From assembly GCA_017609985.1 (NCBI GenBank), contig JAFCCW010000001.1:16397-80396 (forward strand): a stretch of 64,000 bases of DNA, read 5' to 3'. A program made the translations under genes and the position numbers. This document shows positions 17,528 to 27,185 of this stretch, one piece after another. This DNA is from Candidatus Iainarchaeum sp. (GTDB lineage Archaea > Iainarchaeota > Iainarchaeia > Iainarchaeales > JAFCCW01). How positions within the stretch are numbered: the first letter of the stretch is position 1; every line of letters begins with the position of its first letter. The notes under the pieces are model-generated. The model did no database searches. It saw only the letters and a list, made by a program, of their open reading frames with translations, and was not told the origin of the DNA.

Positions 17528-19853
17528 CAAAAAAGGATTTGTTTTTACAATGGAGGCAGTGATAGCTCTCTTGTTTGTCGCAGGATTTATTATAGTAGCA
17601 GCATCAACCTCCACCCCAGTAAACGAAAGCACAAAAGAAACAGGTCTTGAATCAAAAGAGCTTCTTCAAGGAATTGCACTAGGCATTGATGTGAACGGGG
17701 TTGCACTGGAAGTGCTTGACAGAAATGGAATAACTGCAACTGAGAAAATGAACATAATAAAAGGAATAATTGACTCAAGACTGCCAGCAAGTTTTGAATC
17801 AAGAATAGAAATAAGACAATACGATTCAAATGTAGTAGAATGCAAAACAGGATTAAGCTTTGAAGACTGTTTCACAGAGCTTGGAACATTTCCAGCAACA
17901 GGACAAGCAGTTCCGGAAGACAGAGCAGTCCATCACGAAAAGTTTATGATTGTAAAAAAACAGCCGCCGGCAATGTGTGAAATAAGAGCCGAGGCAATGA
18001 GCCTTGAAAAAGAATTAAGCATTGGAAACAAAAGTATTGAAGAAATTTTTCCAGAAATCTTTTTTGGAGAAACAAAAGTGAAAAATGAGGCAAAGGGAGA
18101 AACCCTGTTTTTTGCAGAAAACGATTTAAACATTATTTTCGGAGCCAGTATGACTCCAAGCGGAGACGTGGAATGTGATGAAACAATAAGAGTTGATTTG
18201 AATGCAACTGTCCCAGACTACGGAAGATTGCCAGCAGACATTGTGCTAGTGCTGGACATAAGTGGAAGCATGATAGATTTTATGAATTTTGGAAAATTTG
18301 GAGACGGGTCCTTTAACAGCGGAACATACAACAAAGACTGGATGGGCTGCTATAATTATGGAAATTACCAGACATTGATGAGTTATGAAGCAACAGTTGA
18401 AAACGAGTTAGCAGAAATAACTCCAAGCCCAGAACACAGATTTGGAGGAATAAGAATAAGGCTTGGAAACTATTCATACAGCGGAGACTGCTCCCGCCCA
18501 ATTGTAAGACTTAGGTTTCCAGACAATTCAGTCGAAGATGATGGATCAAATGCTGTAACCTGGACAGAAATGCTGCCAGAGGGAACATATACAGTGGAGG
18601 GCTGGAGTGATGACCTGATAAATTATGATTTGAACATCGACATTCCAAAACTAAGGATTGCGAGAATTGCAGCAAAAACCTTTGTTGACCTCGCAGACTG
18701 GAAAAGTCAGGACCATATAGGACTGGTGTCCTATAGCGACACCACAGCAACAGAAGAAATTCTCACAAATGACAGAAACGCAATAAAAGATGCACTTGAC
18801 GATCTTAGAACTGGGGGCGGCACAGCAACAGGAGAAGGAATTTATGAAGCAACAGACGAACTTCAAGAGCCTTCAACAGGACACGGCAGAGCAGGAGCAA
18901 TGTCCTTCCAGATACTTCTTTCAGACGGGCAGACAAACTCAGGAAGAAGCTCTTCAGGAGCAGCAACAGATGCTGCAAGCAAAGACATCATAATCTACAC
19001 AATAGGGTTTGGAGAAGATGCAGACGAAACAGAGCTTGGAAACATTGCAAGCATTACAGGCGGAGAATATTATTATGCTCAAGACATCAACATATTGAAT
19101 GACGTGTATGAGCTAATAGCTCTTCAAATAGGGGCTGATTTAAGCCAGACAGAACCAGAAGTAGCCTATGATTCAAACATAAGTATTCCAATTCCAGAAT
19201 GGGCAGAAGTAACAGATTTGGGTGGAGGAACAATTGTAGAAAAAGCAGACGGAAACTATCTTGAATTTGATATAGGGCTTTTAAATGCAGACAACCCGTG
19301 GACAGGATATTTTGAAATAAATTTTCCATGCAACAATGAAAATGCCTGCGCAACAAGCCAGCTAACTTTTCCCCCAGACGGAACAAAATTTGGTTATGAT
19401 GATGGAGACGGAATTCCACAAGACCTGATAAACTTTGACGAGAATATTACTGTAAACTTCAAGTACAGGGATTTGGCAATAAAAGTGAATACTGCAGAAT
19501 TGATTGGAGACAATATGATAAAACTGGATGTGAATGTGTGGAACAATGGCTGGCTTTCATCAAACGCAAGCTATCTAGACTTTTACCTGCACGACCCAAT
19601 AACTGGAAACTTTATTAAACAAGAAACAGTCAATGCATTTTGCGCAGGAAAAGACCCAGCCTGCTCAAACTATATCCAGCTGTTCATAGATCAGGATATT
19701 GGAACAGAAGGATTTATTTATGCAATCGTCAACAGGGACGGAGCAATTTCAGAATGTCCAAACAACAATGTTGTAGAAATATACTGTTACGGCGGTTCAA
19801 AAACCCAGTACTATCTGATGGAGCTATGGATCTGGAGAAAGGGGGCAGAATAA
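17505..19853 (+). CDS. large pilin-like protein with a vWA/MIDAS domain (candidate pilus-associated adhesin); probable TTG start
   Basis: TTG at 17505 lies 11 nt after AAGGAGGGG (17487-17495) and yields (M)HSHFLNSKKG^FVFTMEAVIALLFVAGFIIV. MIDAS elements are LVLDISGSM, GGGTATGEG and LLSDGQTNSG. The longest ORF (ATG 17397) would overlap the upstream gene by 131 nt, and ATG 17550 would remove the charged n-region. Confidence 0.75.
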   Translation: MHSHFLNSKKGFVFTMEAVIALLFVAGFIIVAASTSTPVNESTKETGLESKELLQGIALGIDVNGVALEVLDRNGITATEKMNIIKGIIDSRLPASFESRIEIRQYDSNVVECKTGLSFEDCFTELGTFPATGQAVPEDRAVHHEKFMIVKKQPPAMCEIRAEAMSLEKELSIGNKSIEEIFPEIFFGETKVKNEAKGETLFFAENDLNIIFGASMTPSGDVECDETIRVDLNATVPDYGRLPADIVLVLDISGSMIDFMNFGKFGDGSFNSGTYNKDWMGCYNYGNYQTLMSYEATVENELAEITPSPEHRFGGIRIRLGNYSYSGDCSRPIVRLRFPDNSVEDDGSNAVTWTEMLPEGTYTVEGWSDDLINYDLNIDIPKLRIARIAAKTFVDLADWKSQDHIGLVSYSDTTATEEILTNDRNAIKDALDDLRTGGGTATGEGIYEATDELQEPSTGHGRAGAMSFQILLSDGQTNSGRSSSGAATDAASKDIIIYTIGFGEDADETELGNIASITGGEYYYAQDINILNDVYELIALQIGADLSQTEPEVAYDSNISIPIPEWAEVTDLGGGTIVEKADGNYLEFDIGLLNADNPWTGYFEINFPCNNENACATSQLTFPPDGTKFGYDDGDGIPQDLINFDENITVNFKYRDLAIKVNTAELIGDNMIKLDVNVWNNGWLSSNASYLDFYLHDPITGNFIKQETVNAFCAGKDPACSNYIQLFIDQDIGTEGFIYAIVNRDGAISECPNNNVVEIYCYGGSKTQYYLMELWIWRKGAE

Positions 19854-20834
19854 ATGAATCAGAAAGGAATGATGTTTACCCTAATGGCTCTATTTTTGGT
19901 TCTTGGAATAATTGCATTCAACGAAGACTCTATGAGCAAATGGATGCTTGAAAGCGAATCAACAAAATCAATAGATATTTCATCAGTAGAAAACAAGTAC
20001 GCAAACATAATGGAAACCGTGATTCTCCTGCACACAAACAGCTACAGAAAAGAAATTGATGAAAGAAACATTCCGTTTACGTATCTTTGGGCAGAAGACA
20101 GCAATTCAATAGAAATAAAGCAAAACATTCCCCTGAACACTGTTGATCTTGAAAACTATTTCAATTTTATAAACATATACAATTTTTATCTCTCAGACAA
20201 CAACTACAACAATGTATTTGACGGGCTCGAAATTGATATGAATTCAATAAAGAATGCTCCCTGGGGAGGAACAACTGAAGAACTTCGTTTTTTGGTAAAG
20301 CCCTTTTGTTATCAATACAGAGTAAATGGCGAAGAAGAAATGATACTAGAGGAAGCAAAAACAAAAAAATGTTCAGGAGTGTTTGTTCAATCAAACATTG
20401 CCAGATTTGACATAACCGTAGCAGTAAGAAATTTTGAAGAAGATTTCAATGTGATTAGCTGCAGTGGAGGCGCATGCCCGGAAGACGCGTTCAATCCCGC
20501 AAGCACAGACCCATACTATAGGATAGAAATAAACGATGAAAACTGCGGAAACTGCAACTTGAGCCAGAAAGTGATAAGCAAACACTTTGCATGGGGCTCA
20601 GATAACAACATAACTATTTACAACGACGGGGGCTCACCAGAGTCAACAGAAGTAAAAATAAGAATTAAAGACGATGTAAACATAAGCCGGTATGGAGAAA
20701 AAAGCATTGAAATAAGACTTAAAACAGAATTTGAAGAAGACATAAAGTCTTTTGAATTTCTTGACTTCAACTACACTGTGTACAGCAGGGACGGAAAAGT
20801 GAGAAAATCAAACAATCCGCTAGCAATTGAATAA
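19854..20834 (+). CDS. class III signal peptide-like protein 5
   Basis: MNQKG^MMFTLMALFLVLGIIAF. The start abuts the stop of the vWA gene. The rest of the protein is Asn/Cys-containing and has no recognised domain. Confidence 0.7.
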   Translation: MNQKGMMFTLMALFLVLGIIAFNEDSMSKWMLESESTKSIDISSVENKYANIMETVILLHTNSYRKEIDERNIPFTYLWAEDSNSIEIKQNIPLNTVDLENYFNFINIYNFYLSDNNYNNVFDGLEIDMNSIKNAPWGGTTEELRFLVKPFCYQYRVNGEEEMILEEAKTKKCSGVFVQSNIARFDITVAVRNFEEDFNVISCSGGACPEDAFNPASTDPYYRIEINDENCGNCNLSQKVISKHFAWGSDNNITIYNDGGSPESTEVKIRIKDDVNISRYGEKSIEIRLKTEFEEDIKSFEFLDFNYTVYSRDGKVRKSNNPLAIE

Positions 20835-20935
20835 ACACAAGAAAAATAAAAACTTAAAAATAAAAACTTAAAAATTAAAAATAAGAAAAATTAAAATAGG
20901 GAGAAAAAACAAATTAAAGAAACACAAGTGATTGA

Positions 20936-21841
20936 ATGAAAATACTTGAAGCCCACGAAATAACAAAATGCTTTGAAGACAAAAAAGCAGTTGACACTGT
21001 TTCGCTCTCGGTCAACAAAGGCGACTTTTTTGGACTGCTTGGGCCAAACGGGGCAGGAAAAACAACTCTTGTTAGAATCCTCATGAGCTTGAGAAACTAT
21101 GATTCTGGAAAAATATGGCTGTTTGGAAAAGAAAAATTTGGAGAAGAACTTCTTGAAAAAATAGGGTATCTTCCGGAAGAAAAAGGACTTTACGAAGAAA
21201 ACACAGGAATTGAAAACATTTGTTATATTGCTTCGCTTAAAGGAATCAAAAAAGAACAAGCAGAAACAGAGGGAAGAAAGCTTCTTGAAAAAATTAAAAT
21301 GGAAGAATATGCAGATAAAAAAGTAAAAAAAATGAGCAAAGGAACAAGACAAAAAATACAGCTCGTGGCAACACTCGTGCACGACCCACAGCTTTTAGTG
21401 CTTGACGAACCATTCTCGGGACTCGACCCATACAGTGTAAAGCTCATAAAAAGACTGTTGCTGGAGCTTCACAGCAAAGGTAAGACAATAGTGCTGAGCA
21501 CCCACCTAATAAATACAGTTGAAGAAATGTGCACGCGAATTTTAATGGTGAACAATGGAAGAAGAATGCTTTATGGAGACATTGATGATGTGAAAGAAAG
21601 ATATGCACAAAACTCAATTGTTGTTGAAACAAGCTCGGAAATAAAAGATTTAGAGGGTGCGGACCATATTGAAAGATACGGAAGCAATGTAGAAATAGCA
21701 ATAAATGTTACAAAAACACCAGAAGACATACTAGAAGAACTTTTGAAAAGAAAAATAAAGATTTCAAAATATGAAGTAAAAGAACTTTCACTGAATTCTA
21801 TTTTTATAAAACTTGTGGAGGCAGAACAATGGATAAAGTAG
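20936..21841 (+). CDS. ABC transporter ATP-binding protein
   Basis: Walker A GPNGAGKTT, a signature-like MSKGTRQKIQL, and Walker B LLVLDEPFSGLD. Confidence 0.9.
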   Translation: MKILEAHEITKCFEDKKAVDTVSLSVNKGDFFGLLGPNGAGKTTLVRILMSLRNYDSGKIWLFGKEKFGEELLEKIGYLPEEKGLYEENTGIENICYIASLKGIKKEQAETEGRKLLEKIKMEEYADKKVKKMSKGTRQKIQLVATLVHDPQLLVLDEPFSGLDPYSVKLIKRLLLELHSKGKTIVLSTHLINTVEEMCTRILMVNNGRRMLYGDIDDVKERYAQNSIVVETSSEIKDLEGADHIERYGSNVEIAINVTKTPEDILEELLKRKIKISKYEVKELSLNSIFIKLVEAEQWIK

Positions 21842-22692
21842 TCAGCATTCTAAAACACGAGTTTATGACAAACTTCAAAAGAACAGAATACAAGTTTCTG
21901 ACATTCTTAATTCCAGGACTTTTTCTGCTGGCAGGAGCATCCACTCTGTTAATAGATCAAACACAAACAGCAGCAATTCTAAGCACGTTTTCTTCACAAA
22001 ATATTTTCTTCACAATTCCAATGAGTTTTGCAATGATTTTCGGACTGACTATTCTGACATCATCTGGATTTTTGCTGAATGGAATGGCAAAAGAAAAAGA
22101 AAACAGGTTAATGGAAGTAATGCTTACTTCAATAAGTTTCAAAAAAATACTGCTTGGAAAAATTATAGGGCTAGGTTTGCTTGGATTGGTTCAAGTAACA
22201 GCATGGCTTGCATCAATAGCAATTGTTTTCCTACTCTTTATCCCGCCAACGATAGGAACAGGAATAAATCTTCCAGGACTCGGAACACTGGCTTTTTTTG
22301 CAGCAATATATTTTTTCACAGGATATCTCTTTTTTGCATCACTTCTCGCAGGAATCGGAGCACTGGCAAATGACTTGAGGCAAGCACAACAAATCGGTTC
22401 ACTCATAACTGTTTTTGCACTGTTGCCTGCGTGGTCATCAATAATGCTTGTCTCAGCATCAAACTCGCTTGCAGCAAAAGCAATGAGTTATTTTCCAGTG
22501 ACTGCGCCAGTGACAATGATAATTAGAATTTTTCTCGGAGGAGTTGAAACAGGAGAAATAGCCATAAGCATTGTCTCCCTGCTTGTTTCAACAATAGCAG
22601 TCATACTTGTTTCAGGTTATCTGTTCAAATCAGATTCACTCATAAAAGATATTGAAAAACAGATGCAAAAAGCAGGAAACAAAGCTGAATAA
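21829..22692 (+). CDS. ABC-2 type transporter permease
   Basis: A 13-nt overlap with the ATPase gene. About 6 TM helices with a large first loop, the typical ABC-2 layout. Confidence 0.75.
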   Translation: MDKVVSILKHEFMTNFKRTEYKFLTFLIPGLFLLAGASTLLIDQTQTAAILSTFSSQNIFFTIPMSFAMIFGLTILTSSGFLLNGMAKEKENRLMEVMLTSISFKKILLGKIIGLGLLGLVQVTAWLASIAIVFLLFIPPTIGTGINLPGLGTLAFFAAIYFFTGYLFFASLLAGIGALANDLRQAQQIGSLITVFALLPAWSSIMLVSASNSLAAKAMSYFPVTAPVTMIIRIFLGGVETGEIAISIVSLLVSTIAVILVSGYLFKSDSLIKDIEKQMQKAGNKAE

Positions 22693-22781
22693 GAACCAGG
22701 AATAAAAATTCAAAGGAAGGTTTATTAAAAAGAAATAATATAAAAAGAAGGGGAACAGCTCAAAAAGACAGGCGTGGCTAA

Positions 22782-24803
22782 ATGACAAAAAACAAAAGAA
22801 AAAAACAAGGATTCTTTCAAAGACTCTTCTTAAACAGGATATTCAAAAGGATGAGAAAACTTTTGGGAAAAAGTGAAAACAAGCAAGACAAGGAGATGAA
22901 AAAATATGTTGAAAGCGAACTTGACAAGATTTCAAAAGTACACAATTTAAGCAAAAAGGCAGAAGAGGAAAGAATACAGGCATTGAGTGAAAAAGTTGAA
23001 AAGCATGTTCAAAAAGAGAAAGCAGGAAAAGCAAGAGTTCCCCTGAAACCAATACTTGAATCAAGAATAAAAAATGAGAAAACAAAAGAAACTGAAAAAT
23101 CAATGAAAGAAACAGGTCTGAAAACGAAAACAACTAAACTGAAAACAGCAACAAAGACAAAAAAAGCCAAGTCACGAAAAAAGAAAATAAGTGCGAAACC
23201 AAAGAGAAAAGAAAAAAAAATAACCAGTAAAAAAAAGACTGTTAAAAAAGCAAGTGTTTCAAAAAAGAAAAAAAAGAAACCAGCGAAAAAAGATACTGAA
23301 ATTACTGCAAAGCAAAAAGATGTAAAAGAAATCAAAGAAGAGCTTAGAAAACTTAGAAAAAGCCAGCCAAAGGATTCTGGTTCAAAACAAAAAATAAAAA
23401 AGCTTGAAGAAAAACTTAAAAATCTTAAATTAAACTCTGTTGAAAAAGAAAGATACCAAAAAATGCAGAAAAAACTGCTTCAAGGATTTGAAAAAGTTGT
23501 AAAACAACAAAAGATTCCTTCAATTCAGATAATTTTAAACCAATTGCAAAACGCGGAAACACCAGACGAAAAAATAAAACATTACAAAGAACTTTTGAAA
23601 AGAGCAAAATATGAATATTACAAAATGAATCTTTCGCCAGACCAATACAAGAGAATGGTTCTTGAATATGATCACGGAATAAGAGAACAGTTGATTGAAA
23701 AAAAAGTCAAGAAAAAAGAATCAAAAAAGAAAGGAAAAAATAAGACTCAAAAAATCACTGTAAAGGTTACTAAATCAAAACAAAAAACCAGCAGAAGCCC
23801 GCCTTTTCAGATAGATGTTGGAAAGGCAGTGGAAGCCCAACAGCAGCCAGTTCCCGAACCAAAACAAGCAAGAGAAATTCCAGAACCGCCTGCAAAAGAA
23901 CAAGAGCCTGTTCCAAGAAAGCGCGAAGAACGAGAAAAGAGCGAATTTTCCAAGGAAGATCCAAAACCAGAGAAACCAGTTAAAATTCAAAAACCATTTA
24001 AACAAGTCAAACAAGAAATTCAAAAACAAAAAATAATGCCCGCGGCAGCAGAAAAGCCTGCTGAAACTAAAAAAACTCGCGAGAATGGAAAAATTAATGA
24101 AATAAAGGAACTGTTTAAAGATGATGAAGAAGAAAAAAGATCAGAACCAGGAGCAGCAACAATTAGTGCTGAAAGAAGAGACCAAAAAATTCAGGCAATG
24201 GTCAGAGAACACTCTCCCGAAATGACACAAGACCAATCAAGAGAAATTGAAAACAAAATACAAGAAGCAATGAAAAAATATGAAGTAAGCCATAAAGAAA
24301 TAAGCCAACACCTGTCCCATGTTGAATCAAACAATCTTGTTCAAGACTTTGACAAGCTTATTGGAATGATTGAAAAAGACAGAGGAATTAACCGAGGAAG
24401 CGTTGTAAGGCACGAAGTTATTCCTGACATGCCGAAAGGATTTGAAGCAAAAAAAGAAGAAAAAGCAGTGAGCAAAGAAATCAAAGAATTTCAAGTTGAA
24501 ACAGACTATGACAGAATTATGAATATTGTGCAAGAAAAAGGCTCAGCAAGCGGAAAAGAAATAGCAAAACTGCTCAACATCACTCCTGCAGAAGTAAAAG
24601 AAAGAAGCCAAGTGCTGGAAGACAGTGGATTAATCAAGCTAGAGTATCCCGCAATAGGGGGAATAAGAATAGTTGATCCTGAAAAAGAAAAAAAAGACAA
24701 AGAACTGAAAGAAAAGGAAAAAAAAGACAAGGAAGAAACAGCGCTGAAAGCAAAACAAAAAAAAGAAAAAAAGGGGGAAAAGGAAAATGATGCAAAAGCA
24801 TGA
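22782..24803 (+). CDS. lysine-rich low-complexity protein with a C-terminal winged-helix-like domain
   Basis: 673 aa. Long K/T/S/E tracts (KTKTTKLKTATKTKKAKSRKKKISAKPKRKEKK) and a Pro/Gln/Glu segment. Near the C-terminus, DYDRIMNIVQEKGSASGKEIAKLLNITPAEVKERSQVLEDSGLIKLEY has an HTH/wHTH pattern. It overlaps the ATPase gene by 17 nt. Confidence 0.7.
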   Translation: MTKNKRKKQGFFQRLFLNRIFKRMRKLLGKSENKQDKEMKKYVESELDKISKVHNLSKKAEEERIQALSEKVEKHVQKEKAGKARVPLKPILESRIKNEKTKETEKSMKETGLKTKTTKLKTATKTKKAKSRKKKISAKPKRKEKKITSKKKTVKKASVSKKKKKKPAKKDTEITAKQKDVKEIKEELRKLRKSQPKDSGSKQKIKKLEEKLKNLKLNSVEKERYQKMQKKLLQGFEKVVKQQKIPSIQIILNQLQNAETPDEKIKHYKELLKRAKYEYYKMNLSPDQYKRMVLEYDHGIREQLIEKKVKKKESKKKGKNKTQKITVKVTKSKQKTSRSPPFQIDVGKAVEAQQQPVPEPKQAREIPEPPAKEQEPVPRKREEREKSEFSKEDPKPEKPVKIQKPFKQVKQEIQKQKIMPAAAEKPAETKKTRENGKINEIKELFKDDEEEKRSEPGAATISAERRDQKIQAMVREHSPEMTQDQSREIENKIQEAMKKYEVSHKEISQHLSHVESNNLVQDFDKLIGMIEKDRGINRGSVVRHEVIPDMPKGFEAKKEEKAVSKEIKEFQVETDYDRIMNIVQEKGSASGKEIAKLLNITPAEVKERSQVLEDSGLIKLEYPAIGGIRIVDPEKEKKDKELKEKEKKDKEETALKAKQKKEKKGEKENDAKA

Positions 24804-26298
24804 TGTTCTCGAATCCTATTCAGTAAACTTGGAAGAAATTGAGATTGAAATACACATCATTGAAGAAAAAAAAGAATTTGTAAGACAATACTACTTAAAT
24901 CTCCCTCATTTTGGAGCAGGAACAGAGGCTTTGCTGAAAAGACTTAAAACAGGAATTTTGTCAGAAACAAATATTCAAATAGAAAGAAGCCTTGATGCAG
25001 AATTTATCAAAAAAGTAAAAAATAGTTTCAGAGAAAGAGCATTTACAATTCTTAAAAAAGAAATTCCTGACGCAGACGAAAAAACAATGAAAACAATTGT
25101 TGCAGTGCTGTTGCAGGAAATGCTTGGACTAGGCCCAATAGAATTTATGCTTGCAGACCCAAATCTTGAAGAAATAGTAGTAAATCAAAGCAAAGAACCA
25201 GTATGGGTATACCATAAAAAATACGGCTGGCTGAGAACAAATATTTCAATCAAGCCAGAAGAAGAAATAGAAAACTATGCAAATATTATTGCGAGAAGAG
25301 TTGGAAAACAAGTTACAACACTTAACCCGCTGCTTGACGCGCACTTGGTAACAGGAGACAGAGCAAACGCAACGCTTTTTCCAATTTCAACAAAAGGAAA
25401 CACAATAACCATAAGAAGATTTAGAAGAGACCCCTGGACTGTAACAGATTTCATAAAAAACAAAACAACTTCCAGCGAACTAATGGCACTCATCTGGACA
25501 GCAATGCAGTATGAAATGAATATTGTGCTAAGCGGAGGAACAGCTTCAGGAAAAACATCATTCATGAATATTTGCATGCCTTTTATTCAGCCAAACCACA
25601 GAGTAATAAGCATTGAAGACACCAGAGAAATGCAACTTCCAGAATACCTGCATTGGGTTCCACTGACTACAAGAGAGCCAAATGCAGAAGGCAAGGGCGG
25701 AGTAAAAATGCTTGACCTGCTTGTAAACAGTCTAAGAATGAGACCTGACAGAATAATTGTCGGAGAAATTAGAAGACAAAGAGAAGCAGAAGTCTTGTTT
25801 GAAGCAATGCACACAGGACACAGCGCATACACTACATTTCACGCAACAACAGCAGAAGAAACAGTCAGAAGGCTAACAAATCCCCCTATTCTTGTGCCAC
25901 CATCAATGCTTGACGCAATTCACCTGAATGTAGTAATGTTCAGGAACAGAAGACTAGGAGTTAGAAGAGTATTGCAGGTTGGAGAAATTTTAACAGAAAG
26001 AAGAGGAGAAACAGAGTCAGTTAAGGCAAATGTTCTTTATAGATGGAAACCAACAGACGACACAATAAGCAAACACTCAGATTCAATAAGACTCTATGAT
26101 GAACTAGGTCTGCACACTGGACTCAGCTACAAAGAAATCGAACAAGAACTTGAAAAAAAGAAAAAAATACTTGACTATATGGTAAAGAATGATATTCACG
26201 CAATAGGAGAAGTAGGAGCAATCATGGCAAAATTCTACATGGATGAAAAAGAAGTAGTATCAATGGTTGAAAAAAACAAAAAAATGGAGATTGAATGA
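24787..26298 (+). CDS. type II/IV secretion system ATPase (archaeal FlaI/PilB/TadA-like)
   Basis: Walker A SGGTASGKTS; the Asp box and Walker B region RPDRIIVGEIR; the His box HTGHSAYTTFHA. Confidence 0.9.
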   Translation: MMQKHDVLESYSVNLEEIEIEIHIIEEKKEFVRQYYLNLPHFGAGTEALLKRLKTGILSETNIQIERSLDAEFIKKVKNSFRERAFTILKKEIPDADEKTMKTIVAVLLQEMLGLGPIEFMLADPNLEEIVVNQSKEPVWVYHKKYGWLRTNISIKPEEEIENYANIIARRVGKQVTTLNPLLDAHLVTGDRANATLFPISTKGNTITIRRFRRDPWTVTDFIKNKTTSSELMALIWTAMQYEMNIVLSGGTASGKTSFMNICMPFIQPNHRVISIEDTREMQLPEYLHWVPLTTREPNAEGKGGVKMLDLLVNSLRMRPDRIIVGEIRRQREAEVLFEAMHTGHSAYTTFHATTAEETVRRLTNPPILVPPSMLDAIHLNVVMFRNRRLGVRRVLQVGEILTERRGETESVKANVLYRWKPTDDTISKHSDSIRLYDELGLHTGLSYKEIEQELEKKKKILDYMVKNDIHAIGEVGAIMAKFYMDEKEVVSMVEKNKKMEIE

Positions 26299-27185
26299 AT
26301 CTAAAAATTCCCTTTGCGCCATTGCCTGTTCCGGTTCTGAAGAGAATAAGCAACATATTCATTTCTCCAGGATCTAAATTTGCAAAGTCAATGCCTTACA
26401 TAGAAGAAAACCTAAAACAGGGAAACTTTGAAATTCAGTCAGAAGAGTACTGCTCGATAATGCTTTTCACAAGCCTGCTGTACTTTGTTTTCTTCACACT
26501 GCTTCTTGGCCTGCTATTGTCAAAAATAGGGTTAAGAGGTGGCTGGCTTTTAGCTGCAACTGTTGGAGCAATAGTGGCATTTCTGATTGCACTGCAAATA
26601 TTGATTTATCCAAAAATGATGGTAAACAAAAAAGTGAAAAATATTGAAATCAACCTGATATATGCACTGAGAACAATTCTTATCCAGATAAGAAGCGGAG
26701 TAACACTTTTTGATGCAATGAACACAGTGGCAAAGGGAGACTTTGGAGAACTGGGAAATGAATTCAAGATAACAGTTGAAGCAATAGAAACAGGAATGCT
26801 GCAAGACGAAGCACTTGACAAAATGGCGGAAAGAAACCCGTCACACTATCTCAGAAAAGCTCTTTGGCAAATTTCAAACGGATTAAAAGCAGGAGGAGAT
26901 GTGCAGTCAGTAATTGGAGAAAGTGTTTCAACAATGCTAAGGGAAGAAAAAATAGGAATAACAAAATTTGGAGCATCCCTTAGACTGCTTTCCCTGATGT
27001 ACATGATGATTGGAGTCATAATGCCGGCAATGGGTTTAACATTCCTTATTGTTCTAGGCTCTTTTCCAAATGTTCCGCTGGACGAAAGTCTTTTTTGGAT
27101 ATTATTAATTTCAAGCGCAATAATGCAGTTTATGTATATTGGAATAATTAAATCAAAGAGACCAAATCTTATGAGCACCGGGTGA
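26295..27185 (+). CDS. type II secretion system F-domain platform protein, first of two (TadB-like)
   Basis: Single T2SF-type cytoplasmic helical domain (LRTILIQIRSGVTLFDAMNTVAKG...ALWQISNGLKAGGD) flanked by TM helices. It overlaps its neighbours by 4 nt on each side. Confidence 0.8.
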   Translation: MNLKIPFAPLPVPVLKRISNIFISPGSKFAKSMPYIEENLKQGNFEIQSEEYCSIMLFTSLLYFVFFTLLLGLLLSKIGLRGGWLLAATVGAIVAFLIALQILIYPKMMVNKKVKNIEINLIYALRTILIQIRSGVTLFDAMNTVAKGDFGELGNEFKITVEAIETGMLQDEALDKMAERNPSHYLRKALWQISNGLKAGGDVQSVIGESVSTMLREEKIGITKFGASLRLLSLMYMMIGVIMPAMGLTFLIVLGSFPNVPLDESLFWILLISSAIMQFMYIGIIKSKRPNLMSTG

